This document shows positions 38,629-48,016 of a DNA stretch of 64,000 bases, in pieces (the stretch's first letter is position 1; each line of letters starts with the position of its first letter). Where the stretch lies: the IMG/VR virus record IMGVR_UViG_3300037067_012588. The stretch is one strand, 5' to 3'. The notes under the pieces are model-generated. The model saw nothing but the letters and a program-made list of their open reading frames with translations. It was not told where the DNA came from and ran no database searches. The position numbers and the translations under genes are program-made. This DNA comes from a virus. Lineage: Duplodnaviria; Caudoviricetes.

Positions 38629-39042
38629 CTACCCCTTAAACGGATGACTTGCACTGGATGGACATGTCTCGTTTCTCGAACCACACTCGCTCGCACGGTA
38701 CGGCGTGCATTGGGACTGCGTTTCCTTCCCGAATTCGCAGTACGGAAGACGAACACAACACGAAGGAGTAAAGACAAAATCCTCACATGTCATCTTTTTC
38801 TTTTTCATGTTGATATATTCCTGCTCAGCCTCAGCAATTGCATCGAGAACAGTCTTCTCGATAACGCCGTAGGACGGCAAATCGAATGTGAGGAGCTTTC
38901 CACCTTGGGCTTCATCACTGGCAACCAAAACGGCATAGTGACGGATATCACGACCCAACAGATACGTTGCCACCATATCTGAGGAGACTTTTGTACAAGT
39001 CGCATTGCGCTTGTCAATCACAAGAACCTTAATATTACTCAT
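38629..39042 (-). CDS. hypothetical protein with Cys-rich tail
   Basis: GGAGG RBS. Confidence 0.55.
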   Translation of the reverse strand: MSNIKVLVIDKRNATCTKVSSDMVATYLLGRDIRHYAVLVASDEAQGGKLLTFDLPSYGVIEKTVLDAIAEAEQEYINMKKKKMTCEDFVFTPSCCVRLPYCEFGKETQSQCTPYRASECGSRNETCPSSASHPFKG

Positions 39043-39460
39043 TTTGTTTATCCTCCAAACTCTTGAATAATTCCTCAGCTTGTTCTGGAGTCAGAACGTT
39101 GAAGCAGGAAACATCAACCTGAACATCCGAATCAACATCTCCATAAGAATCAGGATATCCAGACTTGAAAAAACCAACAGTTACTTTTCCAACAACCTCA
39201 ACTACTCCTTCGCCCCCATCTTTGATTTCTTCCGACAACGAACTAACGAAATCCCAGTCGAGGGACAAAAGGAAATCCTCAAGAACCGACTCAACATTTG
39301 AAATATTGTCCTTCTTAATTGCTGACAAACACTCAAGCGAAAACAACTCATACTTGAGCGTTTCGGTTTCTGTCACATCAATTCCACCGTCATACCAGTG
39401 AATCAACACACGAAAATACGAGCTTGCACTTCCAAGATTCTCTGTAAAATACAGGCTCAT
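39035..39460 (-). CDS. acidic hypothetical protein
   Basis: GGAGG RBS before MSLYFT. Confidence 0.6.
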   Translation of the reverse strand: MSLYFTENLGSASSYFRVLIHWYDGGIDVTETETLKYELFSLECLSAIKKDNISNVESVLEDFLLSLDWDFVSSLSEEIKDGGEGVVEVVGKVTVGFFKSGYPDSYGDVDSDVQVDVSCFNVLTPEQAEELFKSLEDKQNE

Positions 39461-39653
39461 ATCGACCTCCCAAGACTCCACGCCACGAGAGCCTTGTTCG
39501 TCATCGGTCGAGGACACGGCTCTGCAGGATATGGAACACTAACGCCAAAAGAACCGCCCCTGTTATTAAATTTGAAATGAAGTTCACACCATTTGAATCC
39601 TTCGTTCCAAGCCTTGCAGTCCATACAGGAACCTCGGCATTTCTTCAGCTCGG

Positions 39654-40130
39654 TCATAGTTCCACCCCGCTTCGCAGAAGCCCATCAACAAACTCCATCA
39701 CTTGGATGTATTTTTCATCGCTCAACTCGACAACGATGCTTGGCGCAGACAACGGATGATTGGTAATGTGGAGGGTGACAACCCCGTCATGCTCTTCCGC
39801 AACAACCTTCCGTCCGAGACACTTACTTGCGAGCTTCGCCAGCTTTGCCTTGCCGCCGACCTTATTCGCCATGCTCTTGATGGTAGTCGTGATTTGTTCA
39901 ACCTCGTAGCTATAAACATTGTTCTTGGGTGTGAAAGTCTCATTCTCGTTTTTCGTACCCTCGATGGCATCTCGGAAGGCGACAAACTGATCTGTCCATT
40001 CACCTGCATTTTCATCAGGCAATGCCATCGGGAAAAACTCAGGATTCGCCGCAGAGTTGCGCTTCCAGTATTCAAGAAACTTCTTGAGGCTTTCCATCTC
40101 TTCTTGAACATACTGTTCGACGGTCTTCAT
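39654..40130 (-). CDS. hypothetical protein
   Basis: 158 aa, directly downstream of promoter motif. Confidence 0.65.
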   Translation of the reverse strand: MKTVEQYVQEEMESLKKFLEYWKRNSAANPEFFPMALPDENAGEWTDQFVAFRDAIEGTKNENETFTPKNNVYSYEVEQITTTIKSMANKVGGKAKLAKLASKCLGRKVVAEEHDGVVTLHITNHPLSAPSIVVELSDEKYIQVMEFVDGLLRSGVEL

Positions 40131-40163
40131 GGTTGTTCTCCTATTTACAGGTTCTTTATTTCA

Positions 40164-40203
40164 CAGAAGAACATCGTCCAGAGAAGAAAATTCTGGAAAG
40201 AAA
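40164..40203 (-). promoter_or_regulatory. GACGAT-box promoter-like motif
   Basis: cagaagaacatcgtccagagaagaaaattctggaaagaaa on +. Confidence 0.6.
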
Positions 40204-40210
40204 TCTGACT

Positions 40211-40567
40211 TTATTCGTCATCCACTACGAGGAACATCCCAAAGCGCACAACAAGGTCGCCGTCCTTCACGTTCGCTGAATGAAAGGCTACCCTCACATC
40301 ACCAGCCTCAGCATTCCGCAAGCCCTCCAAAAGCCCCCAAAGCTGCTCAAACAAGGAAGTCATCGAACCACCATGAATAGTCAGGTCAATCAGCGGAGCA
40401 ACAAACTTTTCGTCAACAACCTCGCCAAAAGCAAAACCCTCAAACGGTAAACCAACATGGAAAACATGCTTGCCCTTAAGGTCGTAAACTGGAAGCTTGC
40501 CATTCAACTCATCAACCTCACAACCATGCTCAGTAAACCAATTACAGACATCGCTCGTAATACTCAT
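40211..40567 (-). CDS. hypothetical protein
   Basis: 118 aa, ATGA-coupled. Confidence 0.6.
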   Translation of the reverse strand: MSITSDVCNWFTEHGCEVDELNGKLPVYDLKGKHVFHVGLPFEGFAFGEVVDEKFVAPLIDLTIHGGSMTSLFEQLWGLLEGLRNAEAGDVRVAFHSANVKDGDLVVRFGMFLVVDDE

Positions 40568-40805
40568 TTCAAAACACCTTTCGTTAATCCCCCATCACAA
40601 CCGACAACGATAAACATAGACTCATCGTCAAGAGATGCTCTCACCAAATCTGCTCCCCATACCTGATTCGTATCACTAATCAGTCCGTTTTGCTCGTCAT
40701 CAAAAATAGACGCAGCGTCTTTACCCAAAATAAGAACAGATGCCCTATTACAACGCCTCTCGACAACAGCAAACTTGTCTGCCAAAATCTCCAAAGGACC
40801 ACAGC

Positions 40806-41111
40806 TCATGATTTCTCCTTCACTAAAATGTGTTCAAGGTGAAATGGGCAAAAATCTCTCAACCACGAACCAGACCTCGTCACATCATAAACCAAACCAC
40901 CCAAACAAAAATCATCTCGACATGCACTCGGACCACGAAAGCTATCATATTCGGCAGTACACCACAACAACGTGCCCTTGTCCCACTCTCGCTCCCACTT
41001 ACCACCATAACTCGTTGGAATAGATTCTGCGCTTCGACCAATAGTAAACCACCCGCCTTTACGGCGGGCGTAGTCCATTATACATCTTCGGCAAATGTCT
41101 TTATTCGTCAT
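40806..41111 (-). CDS. Cys4 CP[YF]xxE[HQ]-family protein
   Basis: ICRRC...WDKG..LWC...FCPFHLEHIL. Confidence 0.75.
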   Translation of the reverse strand: MTNKDICRRCIMDYARRKGGWFTIGRSAESIPTSYGGKWEREWDKGTLLWCTAEYDSFRGPSACRDDFCLGGLVYDVTRSGSWLRDFCPFHLEHILVKEKS

Positions 41112-41367
41112 CCGGTTGATCCGATACAACATGCTCGGTTATGAACGGGCAATCAAAGTCGTTGAAAACACTATCAACCATAACGAACCACGGATACATG
41201 TCACTCGAATAACCTCTTTTCATGATCTTAAGGCAGTTGTAAATATGTCCGTGGTCAAACGAATCAGACCACTTGTTTATATCGGAATGTATCAACCCAC
41301 GCAAGTCCGAATGACCGATACGACTCTTTACGCACTTCATACAGATGTTTTTATTAGGCTTCGTCAT
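41101..41367 (-). CDS. Cys4 CP[YF]xxE[HQ]-family protein
   Basis: ICMKC...FDHGHIYNC...CPFITEHVVS. Confidence 0.75.
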   Translation of the reverse strand: MTKPNKNICMKCVKSRIGHSDLRGLIHSDINKWSDSFDHGHIYNCLKIMKRGYSSDMYPWFVMVDSVFNDFDCPFITEHVVSDQPDDE

Positions 41368-41614
41368 TGTCCACACCAAATGCAACAGTCTGCTCAAGAA
41401 GAAAAACACACAACTCAGGAATACTGTCATTTTTTCGTGCAACCGAAACATCTTTTGGCATACTGCTCGGAAAAGACTCTCTCGGACAACACACCTTCCC
41501 AATAAGCCAACGCTTCTCGTCTTGAAAACCCCAAGGAACAACAGCATTCAGCGTATGGTTAAACCTTCGCCTGTTGATGCAAACCATACAAGTCTTCTTG
41601 TTCAAAATTCCCAT
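41354..41614 (-). CDS. Cys4 CP[YF]xxE[HQ]-family protein
   Basis: TCMVC...WLIGKVCCP...CVFLLEQTV. Confidence 0.75.
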   Translation of the reverse strand: MGILNKKTCMVCINRRRFNHTLNAVVPWGFQDEKRWLIGKVCCPRESFPSSMPKDVSVARKNDSIPELCVFLLEQTVAFGVDNDEA

Positions 41615-41823
41615 GATACCACCTGCTCCGTAAAATACCGACAATCAAACGGTATCCTGTCTATCATACACGGCGGACAACTCTCGCCACAACGAACCAA
41701 GCCAACCGCCCAGTTAAAATCATCCACAACGCCCCAACCGTCAAAACGAGAAAAAAGACCATCCGTCCTCCGACGATGATTGTCACAACACACCTTGCAT
41801 ATCTCCATGCTCAAGGTTCCCAT
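41602..41823 (-). CDS. Cys4 CP[YF]xxE[HQ]-family protein
   Basis: ICKVC...WAVGLVRC...CRYFTEQVVS. Confidence 0.75.
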   Translation of the reverse strand: MGTLSMEICKVCCDNHRRRTDGLFSRFDGWGVVDDFNWAVGLVRCGESCPPCMIDRIPFDCRYFTEQVVSWEF

Positions 41824-42035
41824 GACACCATATGCTCCGTCTGATAAAGACATGCACTGTTAGGCTGGCAACGAACATCACGATACCAAGAGGGGTCATC
41901 ATCACACATAACGATACCCTGGCTAAAACGAATGTCGTCCTCAAACTCCCACCCTGCGTGAGACGAGGGATATTTGAAACTCATCCTGTGCTTGTTCACA
42001 CAAGCCTTACATATCGCCTTGGAAAGAGCCATCAT
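41811..42035 (-). CDS. Cys4 CP[YF]xxE[HQ]-family protein
   Basis: ICKAC...FSQGIVMC...CLYQTEHMVS. Confidence 0.75.
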   Translation of the reverse strand: MMALSKAICKACVNKHRMSFKYPSSHAGWEFEDDIRFSQGIVMCDDDPSWYRDVRCQPNSACLYQTEHMVSWEP

Positions 42036-42500
42036 TGAACCCCAAAACGTCCAATCTTGCCGCACTTCACACACCGCATCTTCTTGCTCACAGAAGACTT
42101 GATGATGCTACCGCCACACTCACACTGACCAGCAATCACTGGCGCAGGACCAACAACAGCCTCAATCACCTCCTCAATAGGAGGTACAAAACGATGCATA
42201 TACAACGGAAACACCATCATCGACTTATCCATGCTATCCCACACGCTGAAAATAGCGCAAAAATTCACGCCGTACACGCCAAACACCAAACGACTCACAC
42301 GCAGCCCGATATGACTCTGATGAATTATACCGAAGCATGATGTTGTCGCCAGATAGACTCTCTTCCTTCATTGCATCACGAGCAGACAACTGTCCGAACG
42401 CAACATAATAGTACGTCCCATTCTGCGGGTTCCGACGCTTCTTGATCCAATACGGCTTAGACATCTTTCCATCCTCCAAGATTTGTTCTTCGTCTTTCAC

Positions 42501-42540
42501 AAAAGAACATCGTCTAGAGAAAGAAAATCTTGGAAAGAAA
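42501..42540 (-). promoter_or_regulatory. GACGAT-box promoter-like motif
   Basis: aaaagaacatcgtctagagaaagaaaatcttggaaagaaa on +. Confidence 0.6.
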
Positions 42541-42557
42541 ACCAAGCCTCTTACAAA

Positions 42558-42794
42558 TCACGACTCCTCTTGATCATCTTCTTGCTCATCCTCTTGCTCC
42601 TGTTCATCCGCAACCGCTTCCTCGTGGATGTTCGAACCCTCATACGTCTCAACCATGAAAACACAACTCTCACCCCAGCCCTCAGGCTGATCAGACTCTG
42701 CATTCTCGGCTTTCTCTTCAGAAAGATACCAGCGAACATACGCAGAACCGTCTCCACCGTTCATTAACGCCCCAAAAATCTCAACCTTTTTCAT
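42558..42794 (-). CDS. acidic hypothetical protein
   Basis: NGGDGSA...EGWGE. Confidence 0.65.
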   Translation of the reverse strand: MKKVEIFGALMNGGDGSAYVRWYLSEEKAENAESDQPEGWGESCVFMVETYEGSNIHEEAVADEQEQEDEQEDDQEES

Positions 42795-42877
42795 CGTTTT
42801 TCTCCATAAAAACCTTCAAAAACCACTATTTATGACGAAAATTTGACAAAATTCAGTCAAACACCATCATAAAATAA

Positions 42878-42966
42878 CCAAAAACCAAAAATCCCGATAA
42901 AATCTGCCACGCAGGACTGCCAAAATCGGGTATATAGCCTTCAAAAGAAAAAATAATCGACCTATT
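42878..42966. repeat. 89-bp dispersed element, copy 2
   Basis: CCAAAAACCAAAAATC...TCTGCCACGCAGGACTG...AAAAAATAATCGACCTATT. Confidence 0.7.
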
Positions 42967-43195
42967 TCGTGCAAAAGCCTATTTTCATCACCTGTTCCAC
43001 AGCATACTCACACCAAACAGGAGGATTATGACAGAACTCTATGAAAGTTACCCTCCTGTTCGAACAAACAACTAACCCAGCTTTCCAATCAGACCGAAAC
43101 TTCTCGACCGTGTATTGTATGCCACCTTCCGAAGCAGGATTAAACCGACCACACTCTTTCGCACAACGGAAACAGATTTCCTTGTCCAACATCAC
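42962..43195 (-). CDS. Cys4 CP[YF]xxE[HQ]-family protein
   Basis: ICFRC...WKAGLVVC...CEYAVEQV. Confidence 0.7.
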   Translation of the reverse strand: MMLDKEICFRCAKECGRFNPASEGGIQYTVEKFRSDWKAGLVVCSNRRVTFIEFCHNPPVWCEYAVEQVMKIGFCTK

Positions 43196-43540
43196 TGACT
43201 CTCCATAACAACCAAATACGCAATAACTCGCCCCTCAACACCCTCTCTTCCTTCACAAGGCAGCCAACAAGTCGGACATCTTCAAAAAACATAGCGTCGG
43301 TGTAGTATAAACACCACAATATCCCTGCCATTGCATAGGTACGGTCACCTCTAAACATTCATCCGTCATCTTACTTATGAGTTTGACCTTGCTATGGGTT
43401 GGGACGCAAATCGTCTTCTGCCAGTATAAAACATCAAGCGGACGTGCCAACTCAAACTCTATTGGCACTCCTTCGCAAAACAACTGAATATCCACCCAAG
43501 CAATAAACTGCCTGTGAGAAAGATCAATAGGAAAATCCAT

Positions 43541-43586
43541 AATATACCTCCAACAGACACTCCAATATACCTCCAACAGACACTCC
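43541..43586. repeat. 23-bp tandem duplication containing an RBS
   Basis: AATATACCTCCAACAGACACTCC x2. Confidence 0.85.
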
Positions 43587-43627
43587 TCCTCACAGAATAT
43601 ATCGTCCAAGAAGAAATTTTCTGACAA

Positions 43628-44860
43628 CTATTTCTTCAACCTCAATAAAGCCATATCGAAATATTCCCTCTCACACTCTATCCCAATAAAACCAAAACCC
43701 TCCAAAATCGCAGCCTTGCCCGTACTACCACTACCCATAAATGGGTCAAGAATCAATCCAAAAGGACGTGTCACCAATCGACATAAATAACGCATTAACT
43801 CAGTCGGCTTCACTGTAGGATGCTTGTTGTCCAAACCCCTGTCCTTCTTCGATGCCTTGGCGCAATAAAAGAACCGAGCCGCTGAACCAGAATCACCACG
43901 CTTCTCCGAAGCTATCCGTCCATACTCGCCATAAGCATTCTTCCCAGTATGACTCAGCTCAGTTCCCCTCACATCGCCCTGCTGACCCTTACTCTCAGGA
44001 AACAACCCAATAACCTCTTCACTACCATCATGAATCAAATTCGCTGGATAACGACCCTTCAACTCTGGACGCTCAAATGACTCCCGATCCCTATCATTCT
44101 GTACACCACCAGCCAAAGCACCAGACTTAGCTGTACACTTCCCCTGCGGAGTAGCTGATGCCTTGTCAGCTTCATTTACATACTCAACACGACATCCATC
44201 AATATTCAAACCGCCAGTGCCCCACTTCAAAACATTCTTGGCTATCGTACTCTCAGAAATCGGCTTCTGAAACAACCACCAGTCCTCAACAGCGGGCTTT
44301 AAACATGTATTCCATCCATCCCATTGCTTCGCTTCCTCAGTAGATGGTGTTGTGATAGTTGCACCATTATCCGATCTGTCACTCATTGATTCATTTCCAC
44401 CAATATTCCCGATAGACCCACTTTTATATTGTCTGTTTGGGCGTAAACGTGATTCATCAAAACCTATCACCTCCCGCTCAACACCAGCCTGCTTGTCAAT
44501 CATCTTCCCAATATCTTGTCCCTTTGGAAACCCTGACCCAAAACAATGCGCTATCCTATCCTTCACAACAAAACCAGCATTCTCCCACGCTGTAGCCGTC
44601 CAATGACTTGTCCTCGGTATAGCCCAAACAAGTGCATAACCTCCCGGCTTCAAAACCCTCAAACATTCCCTTGCTATACTCTCCATCCAATTTATCCAAT
44701 GGTCACGACCGCCCTTATCATCATCCCATTCCTTACCCATAAACGATATTCCCGCAGGAGGGTCAGTAACAACACTGTCTACACTGTTCTCAGACATACC
44801 ACTCATCACTTCCAAACAATCACCGTTTATAAGATCAAAAGAATCCATTACACCATCCAT
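43628..44860 (-). CDS. beta-class DNA amino-methyltransferase (N6-A/N4-C)
   Basis: GDCLE, TDPPA (variant motif IV), RVLKPGG, HPTVKP, LDPFMGSGSTG. Confidence 0.92.
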   Translation of the reverse strand: MDGVMDSFDLINGDCLEVMSGMSENSVDSVVTDPPAGISFMGKEWDDDKGGRDHWINWMESIARECLRVLKPGGYALVWAIPRTSHWTATAWENAGFVVKDRIAHCFGSGFPKGQDIGKMIDKQAGVEREVIGFDESRLRPNRQYKSGSIGNIGGNESMSDRSDNGATITTPSTEEAKQWDGWNTCLKPAVEDWWLFQKPISESTIAKNVLKWGTGGLNIDGCRVEYVNEADKASATPQGKCTAKSGALAGGVQNDRDRESFERPELKGRYPANLIHDGSEEVIGLFPESKGQQGDVRGTELSHTGKNAYGEYGRIASEKRGDSGSAARFFYCAKASKKDRGLDNKHPTVKPTELMRYLCRLVTRPFGLILDPFMGSGSTGKAAILEGFGFIGIECEREYFDMALLRLKK

Positions 44861-44866
44861 TCAAAA

Positions 44867-44955
44867 CCAAAAACCAAAAATCTGGATTATTTCTGCTACA
44901 CAGGACTGGCACTTTTTCACATATGACACTCAGAAGAAAAAATAATCGACCTATT
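44867..44955. repeat. 89-bp dispersed element, copy 3
   Basis: CCAAAAACCAAAAATC...TCTGCTACACAGGACTG...AAAAAATAATCGACCTATT. Confidence 0.7.
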
Positions 44956-44975
44956 TCATCAGAGCTTATTGTTTT

Positions 44976-45407
44976 TCATATCGATGTGTCTCTTCTTGAT
45001 GACTCCAATACTACCTTTGGATTAAGAACCTTCTTGAGATTCTCATCAACAACATCGCTTGCCATCTGAAGGACTTCATTCTCAGTAAGAGCCGTATCAC
45101 TATCAATACCTCTCGTCGTCAGTGCTATATACGTTTTCCCTGTCTTTGTGTTCACTCTGGCTTGAATGGTCTTAGCTGTCAAGAGTATCTTGATAGCTGC
45201 ATTGTAGTGTTGTTTTGACCCTGCAATGTGTCCAGCCATGAATGCACAAAGTCCTGATGCGAACATAGTGATGGGAATGAACAATGCAAGAGATATGGGC
45301 AACGCTTTGAAGTTATATCCACACGTCTGCAAGTGGACGAGAATGATAAGCGGAAGTGTGGTGATGAGATTCAATCCAGCGATGATAAGGGAGAGTTTTG
45401 TTTTCAT
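44976..45407 (-). CDS. membrane protein, 2 TM
   Basis: two hydrophobic N-terminal segments. Confidence 0.65.
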   Translation of the reverse strand: MKTKLSLIIAGLNLITTLPLIILVHLQTCGYNFKALPISLALFIPITMFASGLCAFMAGHIAGSKQHYNAAIKILLTAKTIQARVNTKTGKTYIALTTRGIDSDTALTENEVLQMASDVVDENLKKVLNPKVVLESSRRDTSI

Positions 45408-45716
45408 AATTTTCTTTCCTCTTGATTTGGAAAAGATTGATTTGTTGGAAAATTTTCTGGCATTTGGCCACGGTTTTTAGGTTCGTTTAGGTTCGTTTAG
45501 GTTCGTTTAGGTTTAGGTTCTTTATAATACAGGTAAGCTTCCCTCTATATACAAGCTTCTCTACCTACCCTATCGGCTATGCTATTCGCTATACTTCCCA
45601 CATATAGTCATTATACGCCCACAAGTGGAATTTTTGGGATTTTTTTACGAAGGGGAACATATACAAGTATGTCAAATATAAGCAGTTGTGTTTAGTTTTA
45701 GTTATGTACAGTTTTG
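45408..45716. other. AT-rich intergenic region next to the GC-skew switch; candidate replication origin
   Basis: about 300 bp non-coding gap with direct repeats; C-rich + strand to the left, G-rich to the right. Confidence 0.45.
45476..45520. repeat. 10-bp tandem repeat (iteron-like)
   Basis: (TTTAGGTTCG)x3 TTTAGG TTTAGGTTC. Confidence 0.9.
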
Positions 45717-45980
45717 TTACTGTTTTTTAAGGGGAGAACGTGTTTGTTCTGTGAGGTTGTGTTCGAGTATGTATGGGCAGTCTTTGATGTATTGAATAGC
45801 TTCTGTGGTTTTGACATTGATAGTGTGTGATTGTGGGAATACTGGGCAATTGTGGAAGATGTTTTGGTTCCAGAGTCTTTCCCATGTATTGAGTATTTGT
45901 TGTTGGTTCATTCCATCTACGGTGAAGGAATGAGCGAGGACTCTTTTTGTGAAGCATTGTTTACAGAGAGTTTTGTTCAT
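45717..45980 (-). CDS. Cys4 CP[YF]xxE[HQ]-family protein
   Basis: LCKQC...WNQ....CP...CPYILEH. Confidence 0.75.
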   Translation of the reverse strand: MNKTLCKQCFTKRVLAHSFTVDGMNQQQILNTWERLWNQNIFHNCPVFPQSHTINVKTTEAIQYIKDCPYILEHNLTEQTRSPLKKQ

Positions 45981-46215
45981 CTTTTAGCCTTTGAGATACA
46001 TAACGATAGGGTCGAGGACAAACTTGGTGAACGCCACGACTGAGGCGATAAGTGTGATCATGAAGGCTGTGGATAGGAGTGATGCGAAAGGTTCTGAGTA
46101 ATAGACATTGACGAGGCATTCTTTCTTCTCAACACACATTGTTTTGAAACCATTTTATAATCCACCATCAATAGCTTTCTTAAGAGCAGCTATAGCACGA
46201 TTTTGCCATCAGATG

Positions 46216-46704
46216 TCAAGTTACACGAAGTCCCATTGACATATTTTCCTTGGCGAAAGCAGTTAACAACCCATCTTCGCCAACCAGATTCTCAGGGGAT
46301 GATAAAATAATCCGAACCCTGTCAATACCATTATAACTTCTCCCAGGGTTTAAACCAGCGAGTTTTCTATAGATCATTTCATCATCAAAACCAGTATGAT
46401 TTGGTTCTTCTAAATCCATCCGAGTAACACAAGACGAATCTAGGATAGTAGATCCATGTGTAAATTGGTATTCAAAGCTACGGTCAAAACCATATGTATA
46501 ATTCGTTGACCTGAAGGTCTCCATATATCTACTATTAGTTAAGTCCCTATACACACGGAGTGTCGTATCACCCGGACAACCTATTAGAATAACAAGAATG
46601 TTCATATTATACCTTTCAAAAAATTGTTTTTGATCCACCTCTTTATAATATTTTGTAACACATCCAACTTCACTTTTCCATGGTTTTGGAGTAATTCCCA
46701 TTGA
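46216..46704 (-). CDS. hypothetical protein, atypical composition
   Basis: AAGGAG RBS before MGITPK; AT-rich and lacks the local G-skew. Confidence 0.55.
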   Translation of the reverse strand, partial: SMGITPKPWKSEVGCVTKYYKEVDQKQFFERYNMNILVILIGCPGDTTLRVYRDLTNSRYMETFRSTNYTYGFDRSFEYQFTHGSTILDSSCVTRMDLEEPNHTGFDDEMIYRKLAGLNPGRSYNGIDRVRIILSSPENLVGEDGLLTAFAKENMSMGLRVT

Positions 46705-46809
46705 AATTCTCCTTAAATATAAGGACATCCATATTCTAAATCTGGGAACTTTTCAACTATCTCTGCTGCTGTTTTACAACTGAATTCGTTTCTTCCTTTC
46801 ATGGTTGGA

Positions 46810-47229
46810 TTATACGTCTGGGTCAGGTATTTGGTGTTTGAAAAGTCTGACGATATTAACGAGTATGGTTATGGCATTTGGTATAGCGAAGGCTATAGCG
46901 ATTTCGCTAGGGTATTTTGAGAAGAGTGGTTCTTGTGTTGAGAACGAGATGATATTGAGGCTTTTGAGTGCGTGCGTCACGGCGAGGAAGCCGAGCATAT
47001 AGAGGATGTTAACCAAGAAGATATGTGTGATGAGTTCTTCGAGGATTTTGAATCGGAATTTGAGGTAGATTCTTTGTGCGTATGAGTCAGAGACAACTCT
47101 TTCGAGTTGATATGGGCAGTCTTCGATATTGTAGCAGGTCAGGGGATTTGCCCGGATGTATTGGTATTCTTTTCGCCAATTATTTACATGGCCATAGATG
47201 GGGCAATTTTTAGGGCATGGGTTGAGCAT
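46810..47229 (-). CDS. Cys4-TM subfamily protein
   Basis: MLNPCPKNC...NPLTC...CPYQLER + 2 TM. Confidence 0.8.
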   Translation of the reverse strand: MLNPCPKNCPIYGHVNNWRKEYQYIRANPLTCYNIEDCPYQLERVVSDSYAQRIYLKFRFKILEELITHIFLVNILYMLGFLAVTHALKSLNIISFSTQEPLFSKYPSEIAIAFAIPNAITILVNIVRLFKHQIPDPDV

Positions 47230-47231
47230 GG

Positions 47232-47621
47232 TTATACTTCTTTCCACAAGGATACGATCATGGAAATCATAGCTCCCAGAGACGCAAACGCAATGCCGAT
47301 GCGGATTTCTCTATAGATGACATGTAGCCAAGGCAATGCCGATGCGATGAGCAAGACAGTTGTCAGGACAACCAAGACCAACGTAATGAAGAAGGGTATG
47401 CTATGGGGCAATTCGGCGTCATATTTCCATCTCATGGTGAACCACATACGACTGAGATAATCTTTGAGTTTGGACGCTTGGAGTGTCCTTTCGAGTTGAT
47501 AGGGGCAATCTGTTTGATTGCAGGAGACTTGATTTGGTGTATTTTTGAGGACATCATCCCAAGGTTTGATGGTTGTGTGTTTGAAGGCATGGCAGGATTT
47601 CGGGCATGTATTGAGCATCAT
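47232..47621 (-). CDS. Cys4-TM subfamily protein
   Basis: MLNTCPKSC...PNQVSC...CPYQLER + 2 TM. Confidence 0.8.
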   Translation of the reverse strand: MMLNTCPKSCHAFKHTTIKPWDDVLKNTPNQVSCNQTDCPYQLERTLQASKLKDYLSRMWFTMRWKYDAELPHSIPFFITLVLVVLTTVLLIASALPWLHVIYREIRIGIAFASLGAMISMIVSLWKEV

Positions 47622-48013
47622 ATATCTATTTCATGGCATAAGACGATGTATAGACATAAGACAGCAGCGACGATCAATGAGGTTGCCGAGACGAATTGGA
47701 GTTCCTGTTCAAGGATTGGCAGGAACGAGATAAGGACAGCAGCCATGAACCCTATAGCCAAGACGAAGATGAACGCAGCGACTCTGTTTGGGAGTTTGAG
47801 TTTTGAGACTATGATGATGAAATACAGTGCAGCGAGGGTGAATATTTTTGATGGTGATGCTTGGAGTGTCCTTTCGAGTTCATAGGGACAATCGTGAGTG
47901 TTTTCACAAGTGAATGGATTGGGGAGTTTTTTCCAGATATTTTTGAGTTCTGGGAATGCTGCAAAGCCTTCGTGTTTGAAGGCTTTGCAGCATTTTGGGC
48001 ATGTATTGAGCAT
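47618..48013 (-). CDS. Cys4-TM subfamily protein
   Basis: MLNTCPKCC...PNPFTC...CPYELER + 3 TM. Confidence 0.8.
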   Translation of the reverse strand: MLNTCPKCCKAFKHEGFAAFPELKNIWKKLPNPFTCENTHDCPYELERTLQASPSKIFTLAALYFIIIVSKLKLPNRVAAFIFVLAIGFMAAVLISFLPILEQELQFVSATSLIVAAVLCLYIVLCHEIDI

Positions 48014-48016
48014 GGT

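Noticed and set aside
45476-45520. Telomere-like TTTAGG repeats or a CRISPR array
   Set aside because: Only about 45 bp with no spacers; better described as a short iteron-like tandem repeat.
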